From contig CAMUXV010000001.1 in NCBI GenBank assembly GCA_947164795.1, forward strand, positions 20,580 through 84,579: a DNA stretch of 64,000 nucleotides. The letters are read 5' to 3'. The translations under genes were made by a program, and so were the position numbers. Positions 51,871 to 62,584 of this stretch are shown here, in pieces (position 1 is the stretch's first letter; each line of letters starts with the position of its first letter). Origin of the DNA: an uncultured Bacillales bacterium (GTDB lineage: Bacteria; Bacillota_I; Bacilli_A; RF39; UBA660). The notes beneath the pieces were generated by a model. The model was not told where the DNA came from, did not search any database, and saw only the letters and a program-made list of their open reading frames with translations.

Positions 51871-52146
51871 TTAGTTTAATGCTTTTAGAAAGGCCTCTAA
51901 ATCCTTTAATTCAATTTTATTTGATAAATTACCAATATATAAAGTCTTAGAATAATTAAATGCTAGAAAAGTTATTCCTTTAATAATTATTCTATGTGGT
52001 TCAATATAAGATAAGTTTGTTCTATCTATATTTCTAATAGCACCATTTATTATAGTTGGAGTGATATTAGAAAATTCACATATAAACTCTATCTTCTTTT
52101 TTAGTTCTTTATCAAATTCTAGTCCTTTAGTTACTATTTTAATCAT
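51871..52146 (-). CDS. hypothetical protein (91 aa)
   Basis: ORF only. Confidence 0.3.
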   Translation of the reverse strand: MIKIVTKGLEFDKELKKKIEFICEFSNITPTIINGAIRNIDRTNLSYIEPHRIIIKGITFLAFNYSKTLYIGNLSNKIELKDLEAFLKALN

Positions 52147-52254
52147 ATAAATCTGTCCTTTCTTTACTTAACAACAAAAAATACCAACTTCTTTTAGAAA
52201 TTGATATTCATATATTAAGTCCAAATCATCAAAAAGTTCGGACAGATTTCCCAT

Positions 52255-52328
52255 TGGAGCAGGTGATGAGAATCGAACTCACGCAGTCAGCTTGGAAGGC
52301 TGAGGTTCTACCATTAAACTACACCTGC
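52255..52328 (-). tRNA. tRNA-Gly (anticodon UCC)
   Basis: reverse complement GCAGGTG-TAGTTTAATGGTAGAAC-TCAGC-CTTCCAA-GCTGA-...-GTTCGATTC-...-CACCTGCTCCA gives cloverleaf with anticodon loop CUUCCAA. Confidence 0.85.
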
Positions 52329-52483
52329 ATCAGTAGGCATAATTAATGATACTATACTTTTCTTTGTTTGTCAACTGTCTTTCGAGCGTTTTTTGTTAAA
52401 ATTTACATTTTTATCGGTGTTTGTAAGTAAATATACTATTACTATATTGAAATATTTTAAAATAATGTTATAATTAAGTTACA

Positions 52484-52606
52484 TCTTATAAAGAGTGATG
52501 GAGGGACTAGCCCTATGAAGTCACACCAACCTATTAGATTAGGTGGTAATGCTAGATCTATAAGGTAACTTTTTTCTGCTCAAGAGTTATCTTGGGTATT
52601 TTTTAT
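52484..52606 (+). ncRNA. SAM-I (S-box) riboswitch with intrinsic terminator, leader of metK
   Basis: TCTTATAAAGAGTGATGGAGGGACTAGCCCTATGAAGTCACACCAACC matches S-box core (AUCAAGAG.GG.GGAGGGA.UGGCCC.AUGAA.CC.GCAACC); terminator CAAGA-GTTA-TCTTG + T-run. Confidence 0.7.
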
Positions 52607-52680
52607 TATAAGATGTAGGAAGGAGTATATTTATGTAGATAGTTTCTTATTACTTATAATGAAAAGGAAAGGAGTTAAAA

Positions 52681-53706
52681 ATGAAATTATATAGTAATGA
52701 AATTGTTTTTAGGGGTCATCCTGATAAGGTATGTGATCAGATTAGTGATGCCTTATTAGATGTATATTTGAAAGGTGATAAAAATAGTAGGTGTGGTATA
52801 GAAGTAGCAGGGGGTAAAGGTAAGATATTTATAACTGGAGAAGTTACTAGTAGTATTATGGTTGATACTGAAAGTATAGTCAAAAGAGTTCTTTCTGATA
52901 TTGGATATAGTACTGATTATGAAATAATTGATAATATTGGTAAACAAAGCTCTGATATTGCTCTTGGTACTAATATGAAAGTAGGAGGGGCTGGAGATAA
53001 TGGTATGATGTTTGGATATGCCTGCAGGGATACTAAAGAATTACTTCCTACTGCTATGGTGATATTACAAAAACTTAGTATGTGGTATGATGAACTTAGA
53101 AAGAAAGATAAGAGATTTTTACCTGATGGTAAAGCACAAATTACTGGGTTATATGATAACTATAATAAACTAATTAAAATTAAGACTTTTACGGTTTGCT
53201 ATCAAAATAGGGAGGATGATAGAGAAAAGACTGATAAGATTATTATGGATAAGTGTAGGTCTATTTGTGGTGAATATGGAATAAATATAGAAAAATTTTT
53301 AATTAATCCGACTGGTAGATTTTATATTGGTGGATTTGAAGGGGATGCTGGTCTTACTGGTAGAAAGATAGTAGTGGATAGTTATCAGTCTTTTGCTCCT
53401 GTTGGAGGAGGTGCTTTTTCAGGAAAGGATCCGTCTAAAGTAGATAGAAGTGGTGCTTATAAAGCTAGAGAGATTGCTAAAAGAATTCTTTTATCTAATG
53501 ATAATTATAAATGGTGCCAGGTACAAATTTCTTATGCTATTGGTAAAGAAAAACCTCTTGCTATTTATATTGAAACGGATAGGGGTAGTATTAAAGTAGA
53601 TGATAGTTTGTATGAAGAATGTAAGCCTAGAATTATTATTAATGATTTAAAATTACTAGATGTCTGCTATGAAGAAAAAGCTAGATTTGGTCATTTTAGA
53701 GATTAA
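52681..53706 (+). CDS. metK: S-adenosylmethionine synthetase (compact, 341 aa)
   Basis: GHPDKVCDQISDALLD, GAGDNGMMFGYA, GGGAFSGKDPSKVDRSGAY signatures. Confidence 0.9.
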   Translation: MKLYSNEIVFRGHPDKVCDQISDALLDVYLKGDKNSRCGIEVAGGKGKIFITGEVTSSIMVDTESIVKRVLSDIGYSTDYEIIDNIGKQSSDIALGTNMKVGGAGDNGMMFGYACRDTKELLPTAMVILQKLSMWYDELRKKDKRFLPDGKAQITGLYDNYNKLIKIKTFTVCYQNREDDREKTDKIIMDKCRSICGEYGINIEKFLINPTGRFYIGGFEGDAGLTGRKIVVDSYQSFAPVGGGAFSGKDPSKVDRSGAYKAREIAKRILLSNDNYKWCQVQISYAIGKEKPLAIYIETDRGSIKVDDSLYEECKPRIIINDLKLLDVCYEEKARFGHFRD

Positions 53707-53740
53707 AAAATATACCTAACTTTGATTAGGTATATTTTTA
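53707..53740. terminator. bidirectional terminator AAATATACCTAA-CTTTGA-TTAGGTATATTT
   Basis: 12-bp stem between convergent metK and CDF gene. Confidence 0.55.
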
Positions 53741-54856
53741 ATCACTAACATCGATATCCATGGTAATTATTATTTTATAGTCTAGATATTTTTCTTGTAC
53801 TTTGTCATATATTTCTTTATATGTTTCAATTCTATTTTTATCTTCAAAATCTAGAATGATATCAAAACTTATTGTTTTTTCTTTTTTATCTAGATAGAAA
53901 CCGTGTAATTGTAAGACACTTTTATATGAAGATACTATTTTATTTATTTCTTTTCTAATTTCTACTACTTCTTTATCTTTGGTATTAATCGAATATATTC
54001 CAACAGCGGATAATAATACATTATGTTCTTTATATACTTTGGTTGTTATTTCTCTTGTTAGTTTATCTATTTCTGATGCAGGAAGAGAGTCTTCTACTTC
54101 AATATGAATAGAACCGATATATGTTTCTGGTCCATAATTATTTAGTGTTAAATCAAATGCACCATTTACTTTAGGAGTATCTGCGACTGTTTTCTTTATG
54201 GATGTTGCAAGAGATGATTCTACTCTTTCTCCAAGTATTTGACTTAGAGTCGATTTAATCATTTCTATTCCGGATTTAATAATTATTATTGCTATTATAA
54301 TACCTAGATATGCTTCTAGACTTATATGAAGTGTTAAATATACAATAGCGGCTATTAGAGTTGATACTGATATTATGGAGTCCATTAAGGCATCTTGCCC
54401 AGAATTAGTAAGGGAATCAGATTTTACCTTTTTACCTATTTTTTTGAAGTATAATCCTAGTACTATTTTTGTAATTATTGCTACGACTAATATTATGATT
54501 GTTACTTTACTATAGTTGGGTAATTCCGGATTTATTATCTTTTTAGTGGATTCGATAAACGATGTTAATCCTGCATATAGTATTATTATTGATATTATTA
54601 ATGAACTTAAGTATTCTATTCTTCCGTGACCAAAAGGATGCTTTTTATCTGGGGCTCTTCCTGCTAGTTTAGTTCCTATGATAGTTATTATTGATGATAG
54701 AGCATCGCTTAAATTATTTACGGCATCTAAGACAATAGCTATTGATGAAGATAATAATCCTATACCTGCTTTAAATCCAGATAATAAGAAGTTGGTAATA
54801 ATGCCTATAATGCTTGTCTTTATTATTGCCTGCTTTCTATTTATTTTTTTTGACAT
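53738..54856 (-). CDS. czcD: cation diffusion facilitator (CDF) family metal efflux transporter
   Basis: 6 TM + C-terminal cytoplasmic domain, HGRIEYLSSL / DALSS motifs. Confidence 0.8.
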   Translation of the reverse strand: MSKKINRKQAIIKTSIIGIITNFLLSGFKAGIGLLSSSIAIVLDAVNNLSDALSSIITIIGTKLAGRAPDKKHPFGHGRIEYLSSLIISIIILYAGLTSFIESTKKIINPELPNYSKVTIIILVVAIITKIVLGLYFKKIGKKVKSDSLTNSGQDALMDSIISVSTLIAAIVYLTLHISLEAYLGIIIAIIIIKSGIEMIKSTLSQILGERVESSLATSIKKTVADTPKVNGAFDLTLNNYGPETYIGSIHIEVEDSLPASEIDKLTREITTKVYKEHNVLLSAVGIYSINTKDKEVVEIRKEINKIVSSYKSVLQLHGFYLDKKEKTISFDIILDFEDKNRIETYKEIYDKVQEKYLDYKIIITMDIDVSD

Positions 54857-54857
54857 A

Positions 54858-56159
54858 TTAATTCTCCTTTTTTATTTTTCTTCGTAGTTTTATTATAGCA
54901 TATATGTTGATAAGTGCAAGTATTGAAATAAAAATATCGGTAAATTTCCACATAACTGTTGATGAAAAGATTGAACCTATTAATATAATAATGCAGGTAA
55001 ATATTTTTAATAATGTTATGGATAATTTATTGTCTTTTTTGGAAAAATATTTTAAACTTGATTCTCCATAATAGTAGCCTGATAATATTGTTGAAAAGGC
55101 AAATAGAAGTATCAGTATTATTAGTAATATATTTCCTCCATTTCCTAGATGATATTTGAAAGCTTCTGTAGCTATTTCTATTCCATTTGGATCACTTATA
55201 TCTAGTATCTTATAATTTGATGTTAATACGATAATAGATGTTGATGTACATATTAAAAATGATGTTATATATATTCCTAGCATTTGGATGTAACCAGCGG
55301 ATGTTGCATTGTTTGTTTCTCCAGAGCAGGCTGCGATACTTCCGGTTCCAATACCTGCCTCATTTGAGAATATTCCTCTTTGTACTCCCATCAACATGAT
55401 TGGTAGGAAACTTCCGGTAAATGATTTTATATTAAAGGCATTGTTTATGATTGCTCTTATAATGATTGGTATAATACTTATATTTGTTATAATTATATAT
55501 ACTGCTAGTGATAAATAGATTAATGACATAATTGGTACTATTTTACTCGTGGCTCTACTTATTTCTTTTATTCCGCCAAATATAGTTATAAATGTTATTA
55601 TACTGGCAATTATTCCTATTACTATGGGATTTACATTACTTATACTTGTTATTCCTTTGGTTATTGTATTAGATTGAATACTTATAAATCCTATTATGTA
55701 ACATATTATAATTATTGTGGAATAAACACTACCTAGATATTTTTTATTTAATCCTTTTTTTATGTAATATGATGGTCCTCCAATGTAATTATTGTTATTA
55801 TCTTTTTCTTTATATTTAATACCTAGATATGTTTCGCAGTAGGATAGGGGGGCTGATAATAGCGATATAAACCATATCCAAAAGATTGTTCCGGGACCAT
55901 TTAAATATATTGCTAGAGCAATACCTGATATTGATCCTACGCCAATACGTCCTGCGAGAGTCAGCATTAGTGTTTTAAATGAATTTAATCCAGTAGTTGT
56001 CTTTTCTTTTTTAAATAATTTTTTAATCATTCTAATGATATTAAATTGTATTCCTTTTAGTTTGATAGTAAAGTAAATTCCCATATATATCATTAACATT
56101 GACGTTAATATCCATAGTTTATTGTTTATTATACTTAATATTTTTATTAATATATCCAT
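54858..56159 (-). CDS. alanine/glycine:cation symporter (AGCS) family transporter
   Basis: LAGRIGVGSISGIALAI...SNEAGIGTGSIA motifs. Confidence 0.8.
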   Translation of the reverse strand: MDILIKILSIINNKLWILTSMLMIYMGIYFTIKLKGIQFNIIRMIKKLFKKEKTTTGLNSFKTLMLTLAGRIGVGSISGIALAIYLNGPGTIFWIWFISLLSAPLSYCETYLGIKYKEKDNNNNYIGGPSYYIKKGLNKKYLGSVYSTIIIICYIIGFISIQSNTITKGITSISNVNPIVIGIIASIITFITIFGGIKEISRATSKIVPIMSLIYLSLAVYIIITNISIIPIIIRAIINNAFNIKSFTGSFLPIMLMGVQRGIFSNEAGIGTGSIAACSGETNNATSAGYIQMLGIYITSFLICTSTSIIVLTSNYKILDISDPNGIEIATEAFKYHLGNGGNILLIILILLFAFSTILSGYYYGESSLKYFSKKDNKLSITLLKIFTCIIILIGSIFSSTVMWKFTDIFISILALINIYAIIKLRRKIKKEN

Positions 56160-56190
56160 TTATCCTCCATTATATTAAATAATATGATAT

Positions 56191-57159
56191 GTGTTTTATA
56201 TTTTTTCTTTTTTAGTAAATAATAATTATGGTGATATCGTGAAAATAAGAATGGGTTATGCCTGTATTTGTAATGCTTTGGATAGTACTAGTTCTAGTAA
56301 CTATACTTATACAGAGTATTTGAAAAATAATGATTTAGATAAACTTAATAAAGTAATTATTTCTAATTTAGAAGCTTTGGAAGAAATAGTAAATTATAAT
56401 ATTAAAAATAATATTCACTTTTATAGAATTTCTTCAAAGATTATTCCCCTTGCCACGAAGGATGATGTTGCTTTTGATTACATAGAAAGGTATAGAGATT
56501 ACTATGATTGTATTGGTAAGAAGATAAAAAGTAGTAATATGAGAGTTGATTTTCATCCGGATCAGTTTGCAGTTCTTAATAGTATTAAAGATGAAGTAGT
56601 AGATAATACTATAAAGATATTAGATTATCATTATAAATTACTTGATGCTTTGGGTATTGAAGAAAAGGTTTTAGTGCTTCATGTTGGTGGGAATACATTT
56701 GGTAAAGATAATTCGATTAGAAGATTTATTAATAGTTTTAATAAATTACCTACTTATTTAAAAAAAACAATTGTTATTGAAAATGATGATAAGGTATTTA
56801 ATGTTGACGATTGTATTAAGATAAGTAGGGAAATTCGTACTCCAATCGTTCTTGATTATCATCATCATAATTGTAATAAGAGTGATTTTAATATGAAGGA
56901 AGTAATAGATAGTTGGGGAGGTAGAATCCCTAAAATGCATTTTAGTTCTCCTAAAAATAAAAAAGATTTTAGGAGTCATTCCGAATATATTAATAGTGAC
57001 GATTTTATTTCTTTTATAGATAATTTGAAAAAATATGATAGGGATGTTGATATTATGATAGAAGCAAAGGCAAAAGATGATGCTTTATTTAGGCTGATTA
57101 GAGAGTTTAAATATAAAACGGATTATAAATTTATTGATGATACTTCATTTGAGGTTTAA
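56191..57159 (+). CDS. uvdE: UV-damage endonuclease UvdE (start uncertain; conserved region begins ~56251)
   Basis: RMGYAC, FYRISSKIIPLAT, FHPDQFAVLNS, IENDDK, LDYHHH blocks align with B. subtilis UvsE. Confidence 0.85.
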   Translation: MFYIFSFLVNNNYGDIVKIRMGYACICNALDSTSSSNYTYTEYLKNNDLDKLNKVIISNLEALEEIVNYNIKNNIHFYRISSKIIPLATKDDVAFDYIERYRDYYDCIGKKIKSSNMRVDFHPDQFAVLNSIKDEVVDNTIKILDYHYKLLDALGIEEKVLVLHVGGNTFGKDNSIRRFINSFNKLPTYLKKTIVIENDDKVFNVDDCIKISREIRTPIVLDYHHHNCNKSDFNMKEVIDSWGGRIPKMHFSSPKNKKDFRSHSEYINSDDFISFIDNLKKYDRDVDIMIEAKAKDDALFRLIREFKYKTDYKFIDDTSFEV

Positions 57160-57230
57160 AAAATATTATTTTTGGTATTACATTTGTTTTGAAAAAAATG
57201 TTATAATCGTATTAGAAATGAGTGATAATT

Positions 57231-57719
57231 ATGTTTGATATTGGAGATTTTGTTGTTTATAAAAAGGATGTTTGTAAGATCATTGGCATAAAAGAAAAAT
57301 ATTATAAGGGTATTGATTATTTTTCATTAGAACCAGTATTTGATAATACTTTAAAAATAGATGTTCCTAAGAATAGTAATCTTTTTAGAAGGATTTTATC
57401 TAAAAAAGAAGTAGAAGAAATTATTAATAGAATTCCTCTTATTAGTTATATTGATATGAATGATAAAATGCTAGAAAATGAATATAAGAGATTATTACAT
57501 GAAGGTGGATATGATGGACTTATAAAAATAATTAAAACTACGTATTTAAGGAATAATGATCGAATTAATAGTAAGAAGAAGATTAGCGAAAAGGACGAAA
57601 CTTATTTTAATTTAGCCGAAAAGTATTTATATAATGAGTTTGCTGTATCGTTAGGAATAAGTTCAAAAGAGGCTAAAGAATATGTTATAAATAAAGTTAA
57701 TGAGCTTAGTAAGGTTTAA
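57231..57719 (+). CDS. CarD/CdnL-family RNA-polymerase-binding regulator-like protein
   Basis: N-terminal FDIGDFVVYKKDVCKIIGI..YFSLEP Tudor-like pattern of CarD_CdnL_TRCF domain. Confidence 0.55.
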   Translation: MFDIGDFVVYKKDVCKIIGIKEKYYKGIDYFSLEPVFDNTLKIDVPKNSNLFRRILSKKEVEEIINRIPLISYIDMNDKMLENEYKRLLHEGGYDGLIKIIKTTYLRNNDRINSKKKISEKDETYFNLAEKYLYNEFAVSLGISSKEAKEYVINKVNELSKV

Positions 57720-57749
57720 TAAAATGTAACCTATTTGGTTACATTTTTG

Positions 57750-58598
57750 CTATTTTATTAGATTTATTAATTCTAGTATTACACCGGTAAATACTCCGAT
57801 TAAGTATAATAAAGATAAAATAAAGATGTTTTCTTTAATATTTTTATTTGATTTAAATAATACCAATAGAGCGGAACCACTACTTGAAAGTAAACCTGAT
57901 AAGAGTGCCGATAAAGAGATAGCATTATTTAAATATAGTTCGGTTAAGATAACACTTGCTCCACAGTTTGGTATTAATCCTATAAGGCATGTTATAAATG
58001 AACCAAAGATATTATCTTTGAGTAATATTTTAGACAGAAAGTCTTCTCCAACATAGTGGAATAATGTATTTAGCATAAATGTTGTTATAAGAATAAATAA
58101 TGCTATTTTTAATGTGTGCTTGAATGAGGAAAATAAAATATGTTCTTCACAATGACAATGTTCTTTATCACATATTTCATAGTTTTCTTTATCTTTATTT
58201 TTAAATACTTTATTAAATAATATATCTATTAATATTCCATATATTATTCCTAATAATACTTTTATTAATATTATTTTAGCTATTAAATTAAAAGGAGCTT
58301 TTTCTGATATTAATATTGGTAACATTTCATCACTAGTAGATAGATATATTGATATTAATGTACCAAGCGTTATTATTCTAGTTACATATAAGTTAGTGGC
58401 CATTACAGAAAATCCACATTGTGGAAGTGCGCCTAGTAGTGAACCTAATACTGGCCCGTATTTCTTTGACTTAGTTATTACTTTTTTATTTTTATTAGAT
58501 ATTTTATGTTCTATATATTCTATTAATAGAAATGCTATAAATAGAAATGGTAATAATTTAATAGTATCTAACAGTGTATCAAATATAATATCTTTCAT
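57750..58598 (-). CDS. polytopic membrane protein with His/Cys-rich loop (putative metal permease, ArsP_2-like)
   Basis: 8-10 TM, EHCHCEEH loop, GALPQCGFS motif; family assignment tentative. Confidence 0.4.
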   Translation of the reverse strand: MKDIIFDTLLDTIKLLPFLFIAFLLIEYIEHKISNKNKKVITKSKKYGPVLGSLLGALPQCGFSVMATNLYVTRIITLGTLISIYLSTSDEMLPILISEKAPFNLIAKIILIKVLLGIIYGILIDILFNKVFKNKDKENYEICDKEHCHCEEHILFSSFKHTLKIALFILITTFMLNTLFHYVGEDFLSKILLKDNIFGSFITCLIGLIPNCGASVILTELYLNNAISLSALLSGLLSSSGSALLVLFKSNKNIKENIFILSLLYLIGVFTGVILELINLIK

Positions 58599-58627
58599 AG
58601 TATTCCTCCATCAGATAGATTATATCA

Positions 58628-59548
58628 TTATTTTCTATTTTCTACAACTTTGTATTCGATTTCTTTCTTGACTTTTACTTTTGATAATTTTTTTTCTTTA
58701 TGTGCATTATCTCTTAAATAATTTGATAGCGCATTTATGCATATTCTTTGTATTATTAAATCAATGGTTGCATTTATTTCTTGTTCTTTTAATGATTCTT
58801 TAATTATCTTTGCTATTTTTTCTTTTCTTTTAAGTGTTTGGTTTATACATTTTTTTGTACATTCTATTAAATATGAAAAATAATCATTATAATCATAAAA
58901 AATACCTTTTTTATTTGCAAATTCATTGAATATCATTTCGGCATATTGCGATATTTCTTCATGATAGTTTGATTCTTTTTCTATAGTATGGTTTTGTTCT
59001 TCTTCTAAACTATAATAGGATAAAGAACCTGGTAAATAGAATTTTATTGTTGCACTTGTATAAGTATCTATTGCATCTAGATTAAATAATAAAAGCGTAT
59101 TTACATCCCATTTGTTAAATATTATAGTATCTCTACTATATTCAAATCTTTTATAATTGACATATATTCCATCATAGTCTTTGCTTAATAATTCATAATT
59201 TATTGATAATTCTTTACTTGTTTGTTCTTTATAGAAATTTAATATATGATGATATGATGGGTATTCTTCAATTATTTCTTTTAATCTTTCATAATTGTCT
59301 ATAGTTAGTATTTTTGTATCATCTTTTAATGTAAAAATAGATGCACTATTTAAGTTTTTTTCTGGATAGTCACTTTTATTATCTATTAGATAATCAAACC
59401 AAGGACTTATATTATATTCATCATATGGTGATGACCAAAATCCTCCTGTTGGAAGAAAATAATAATTATTTAATGGTCGTAATACATTTCTAAATAATTC
59501 TTTTGTAATAGTTTTCGTTCCTATTGTAATATATTTCTGATTATTCAT
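58628..59548 (-). CDS. hypothetical protein (306 aa)
   Basis: ORF with RBS GGAG; no family. Confidence 0.45.
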   Translation of the reverse strand: MNNQKYITIGTKTITKELFRNVLRPLNNYYFLPTGGFWSSPYDEYNISPWFDYLIDNKSDYPEKNLNSASIFTLKDDTKILTIDNYERLKEIIEEYPSYHHILNFYKEQTSKELSINYELLSKDYDGIYVNYKRFEYSRDTIIFNKWDVNTLLLFNLDAIDTYTSATIKFYLPGSLSYYSLEEEQNHTIEKESNYHEEISQYAEMIFNEFANKKGIFYDYNDYFSYLIECTKKCINQTLKRKEKIAKIIKESLKEQEINATIDLIIQRICINALSNYLRDNAHKEKKLSKVKVKKEIEYKVVENRK

Positions 59549-59654
59549 TATTTCTCCTTTTTAGTGGTTTATATGATATATTATTTTTTAAAAGAAGTCA
59601 AATAATTAATTGTCTTTTAGATAATAAAATGGTATGATATTGGTGTGATGTGAT

Positions 59655-60401
59655 GTGGATGAAAATAGCAAAAGAAATATTATAATTGTTATGCTAGGTA
59701 TTATTTTATTAATACTATTATTTATTACATATTTACTAATTAAAGATAATTATAGAAAAAATAGCATAGATAATTATGATGTGTTGGAAATGGTAGAAAC
59801 TAAAAAAGAAAGTAAAAATAAAGATAGAATAGATGATAATGTAATAGTAGAATCAGTAGAAAATAATATTGATGTTAATACTAAACAAAAAGGTAATATT
59901 GAGGTAACTAAAAGTATAAATAGTAATAATGATGAAGAAGATGTTGTTGCTTATTTTGAAAGTAATGTGAAAATAATTAATAATAGTGAATTTAAAGATA
60001 AATTAAAAGAATATTTTGTAGAGATAGTAGATTTTATATTTTATGGTACAGAAATTAATGGACATAGATTTGATGAACTTACTAACACTGGTAAACTTAA
60101 AATTATTAGTGCTGCTTTAAAGATTGATAGTTATATTGAAGAGAAATCTCCTGGATATAAAGATACTATTGCGGGTACTTCTAGTAGGGTGTATACTAAC
60201 GTTAAAGAAAAACTTACTATTTTATTTTTAGATATATCTAGTAATATATGTAAATATAAGGAAAACGATTGCAATAATGCTAAAGAATTGTTTGGTGAAA
60301 TTAAGAGTACTTGTAAGATTGGCTGGTCAGTTATTAAAGATTTGTTAAAAAATGGTGGTAATAAGTTAAAGGATTGGTATGAAATTTATAGTGGAAAATA
60401 A
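59655..60401 (+). CDS. hypothetical membrane-anchored protein (248 aa)
   Basis: N-terminal TM, upstream of and overlapping capA paralogue. Confidence 0.4.
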   Translation: MDENSKRNIIIVMLGIILLILLFITYLLIKDNYRKNSIDNYDVLEMVETKKESKNKDRIDDNVIVESVENNIDVNTKQKGNIEVTKSINSNNDEEDVVAYFESNVKIINNSEFKDKLKEYFVEIVDFIFYGTEINGHRFDELTNTGKLKIISAALKIDSYIEEKSPGYKDTIAGTSSRVYTNVKEKLTILFLDISSNICKYKENDCNNAKELFGEIKSTCKIGWSVIKDLLKNGGNKLKDWYEIYSGK

Positions 60402-61662
60402 GATATATTTATTAGTTATTATTATGGTATTGTGTACTGCTTGCTGTATCAAAACTCAGGATAAAGAGTTATATGATGACAAGAAAATTATAGATAGGAT
60501 TATTTCTTATAATGAAGAATTAGATAAGGGCTTTTTAGAATATATTTATGATGAATATGGAAAAGAAAGTTTAATAAAAATAGAAGAGTCTTTAATAAAT
60601 GATAGTTATAGTAATAATATTTGGCATGATGTTATAGGTAAATCTTATATAGTACTTAATGATTTATATAATGATAAATATAAGAAAATGAATAATGTTA
60701 AGATTATTGATACTAAAGATGGTGTTAATATATCTTTCGTAGGTGATATATCATTAGCGGATAATTTTGATATTATGCCTTATTATGATTCTAGGAGAGA
60801 AGGGGTATTTGGCATTTTATCAACAGAAGTTGTGGATAAAATGAAAAGTTCTGACATAATGATTGCTAATAATGAGTTTGCTGTTACTAATAGGGTTAAT
60901 AAAATTAATAAATTATATAATTTTAAAGCAAATCCTGAGAGACTTGATATTTACAAAGAAATGGGTATTGATTTAGTTAGTACTTCTAATAATCATGTTT
61001 ATGATTATGGAGAAGAAGGACTATTGGATACTATAAAGTATTTAGATGAGTATGATATACCTAATGTTGGAGCTGGAAAAAATATTGAAGAAGCTAAAGA
61101 AGCATATTATTTTATAGCAGGTGGATATAAATTTAGTTTTATTAGTGCAAGCAGGGCTGAAAAAAATATAGTTACTCCTAATGCTGAAGAAGATAAGCCT
61201 GGTATATTTTGGTGTTATGATCCTAGTTTATTAATAAAGACGATTAAAGAGGAAAAAGAAGTAAGTGATTTTGTTATTCTTTTAATTCATTGGGGGAGAG
61301 AAGATTCTCATGCATTAGAAGAAGTTCAAAGGGAAACCGGTAAATTATATATTGATGCAGGAGCAGATTTTATAATTGGCGCACATGCTCATGTATTGCA
61401 GGGATTTGAATTTTATAATAATAAGTTAATAGCATACAATCTAGGAGATTTTATTTTTAATAGAGAAACTAAAGATACTGGTATATTGTCTATTAATATT
61501 AATGATAAAAAAAATATAAAATATGAATTTATTCCATGTGAACAAGATAATTATAAGACTGTTATTTTATCTGGTGCTGAAAAGAATAGAGTACTTGATA
61601 ATATGAGAAGTTATTCTATTAATACTATTCTTGATGATAATGGATTATTTTATAGTAATTAA
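60379..61662 (+). CDS. capA: CapA/PGA_cap-family metallophosphatase, second paralogue
   Basis: LIHWGREDSH...GAHAHVLQGFE motifs, lipoprotein-like N-terminus (LCTACC). Confidence 0.8.
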   Translation: MKFIVENKIYLLVIIMVLCTACCIKTQDKELYDDKKIIDRIISYNEELDKGFLEYIYDEYGKESLIKIEESLINDSYSNNIWHDVIGKSYIVLNDLYNDKYKKMNNVKIIDTKDGVNISFVGDISLADNFDIMPYYDSRREGVFGILSTEVVDKMKSSDIMIANNEFAVTNRVNKINKLYNFKANPERLDIYKEMGIDLVSTSNNHVYDYGEEGLLDTIKYLDEYDIPNVGAGKNIEEAKEAYYFIAGGYKFSFISASRAEKNIVTPNAEEDKPGIFWCYDPSLLIKTIKEEKEVSDFVILLIHWGREDSHALEEVQRETGKLYIDAGADFIIGAHAHVLQGFEFYNNKLIAYNLGDFIFNRETKDTGILSININDKKNIKYEFIPCEQDNYKTVILSGAEKNRVLDNMRSYSINTILDDNGLFYSN

Positions 61663-61794
61663 ATGGATTATAAATAATATTATTTAATATGTAAAAAAGT
61701 TCTTTACTTTATAAATAAAAATTGTTATAATACTAACTGAGCGAAGAGCTCCTTGCCTAGAATATAGGCCGTTAGACCAAAGGGAGGTGTAAGA

Positions 61795-62085
61795 ATGAGA
61801 AACTATGAAATTATGTTTATAGTAAGACCAGATATGGATGAAGAGTCTGTTAAAAAGACTGTTAAATCTTTAGAAAAAATTCTTACTGATAAGAAGGCAA
61901 AAATTACTTTATCTAAAGAATTAGGTCAAAAAGAATTTGCTTATGAAATTAATAAGTTTAAATCTGGTTATTATTTTCTATATAACATTGAAGCTAAAGA
62001 CGACAAAGCTGTTAATGAGTTTAGCAGAGTAGCAAGATTAGATGAAAATGTTGTTAGATATCTTGTATTAAACTTAGACAAATAA
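61795..62085 (+). CDS. rpsF: 30S ribosomal protein S6
   Basis: MRNYEIMFIVRPD... Confidence 0.95.
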   Translation: MRNYEIMFIVRPDMDEESVKKTVKSLEKILTDKKAKITLSKELGQKEFAYEINKFKSGYYFLYNIEAKDDKAVNEFSRVARLDENVVRYLVLNLDK

Positions 62086-62095
62086 GGAGTTAATT

Positions 62096-62569
62096 ATGAA
62101 TAAAGCAATTTTAATTGGAAGATTAACAAAGGATCCTGAACTTAGAACTACTTCTTCTGGTAGAAATGTATGTCAATTTGCTGTGGCTGTAAATAGAACA
62201 TATACTAGTGCTAATGGAGAGAGAGAAGCAGATTTTATTAACTGTGTTGTTTGGGATAAGCAAGCAGAGAATTTAGCTAAATACCAAAAGAAGGGTAACC
62301 AAATTGCGGTAGAAGGTAGAATTCAAACAAGAAATTATGATGATAAAGATGGTAAGAAAGTTTATGTAACTGAAATACTTGCAAGTAATATTAGCTTCTT
62401 AGATGCTAAGGGTACTAATGCAGGAGGTAATGCACTAAGTAATTTACCTGAACCACCAATGAGCGAAGAAAGAGATAATACTCCAGCAGAAACTGTATCA
62501 GTGGATACTGATCCGTTTGAGGCTTTTGGCGATTCTATTGAAATCAGTGATAATGATTTACCATTCTAA
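62096..62569 (+). CDS. ssb: single-stranded DNA-binding protein (acidic DDLPF tail)
   Basis: OB fold, C-terminal DNDLPF. Confidence 0.95.
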   Translation: MNKAILIGRLTKDPELRTTSSGRNVCQFAVAVNRTYTSANGEREADFINCVVWDKQAENLAKYQKKGNQIAVEGRIQTRNYDDKDGKKVYVTEILASNISFLDAKGTNAGGNALSNLPEPPMSEERDNTPAETVSVDTDPFEAFGDSIEISDNDLPF

Positions 62570-62584
62570 TAAAGGAGGATATTT

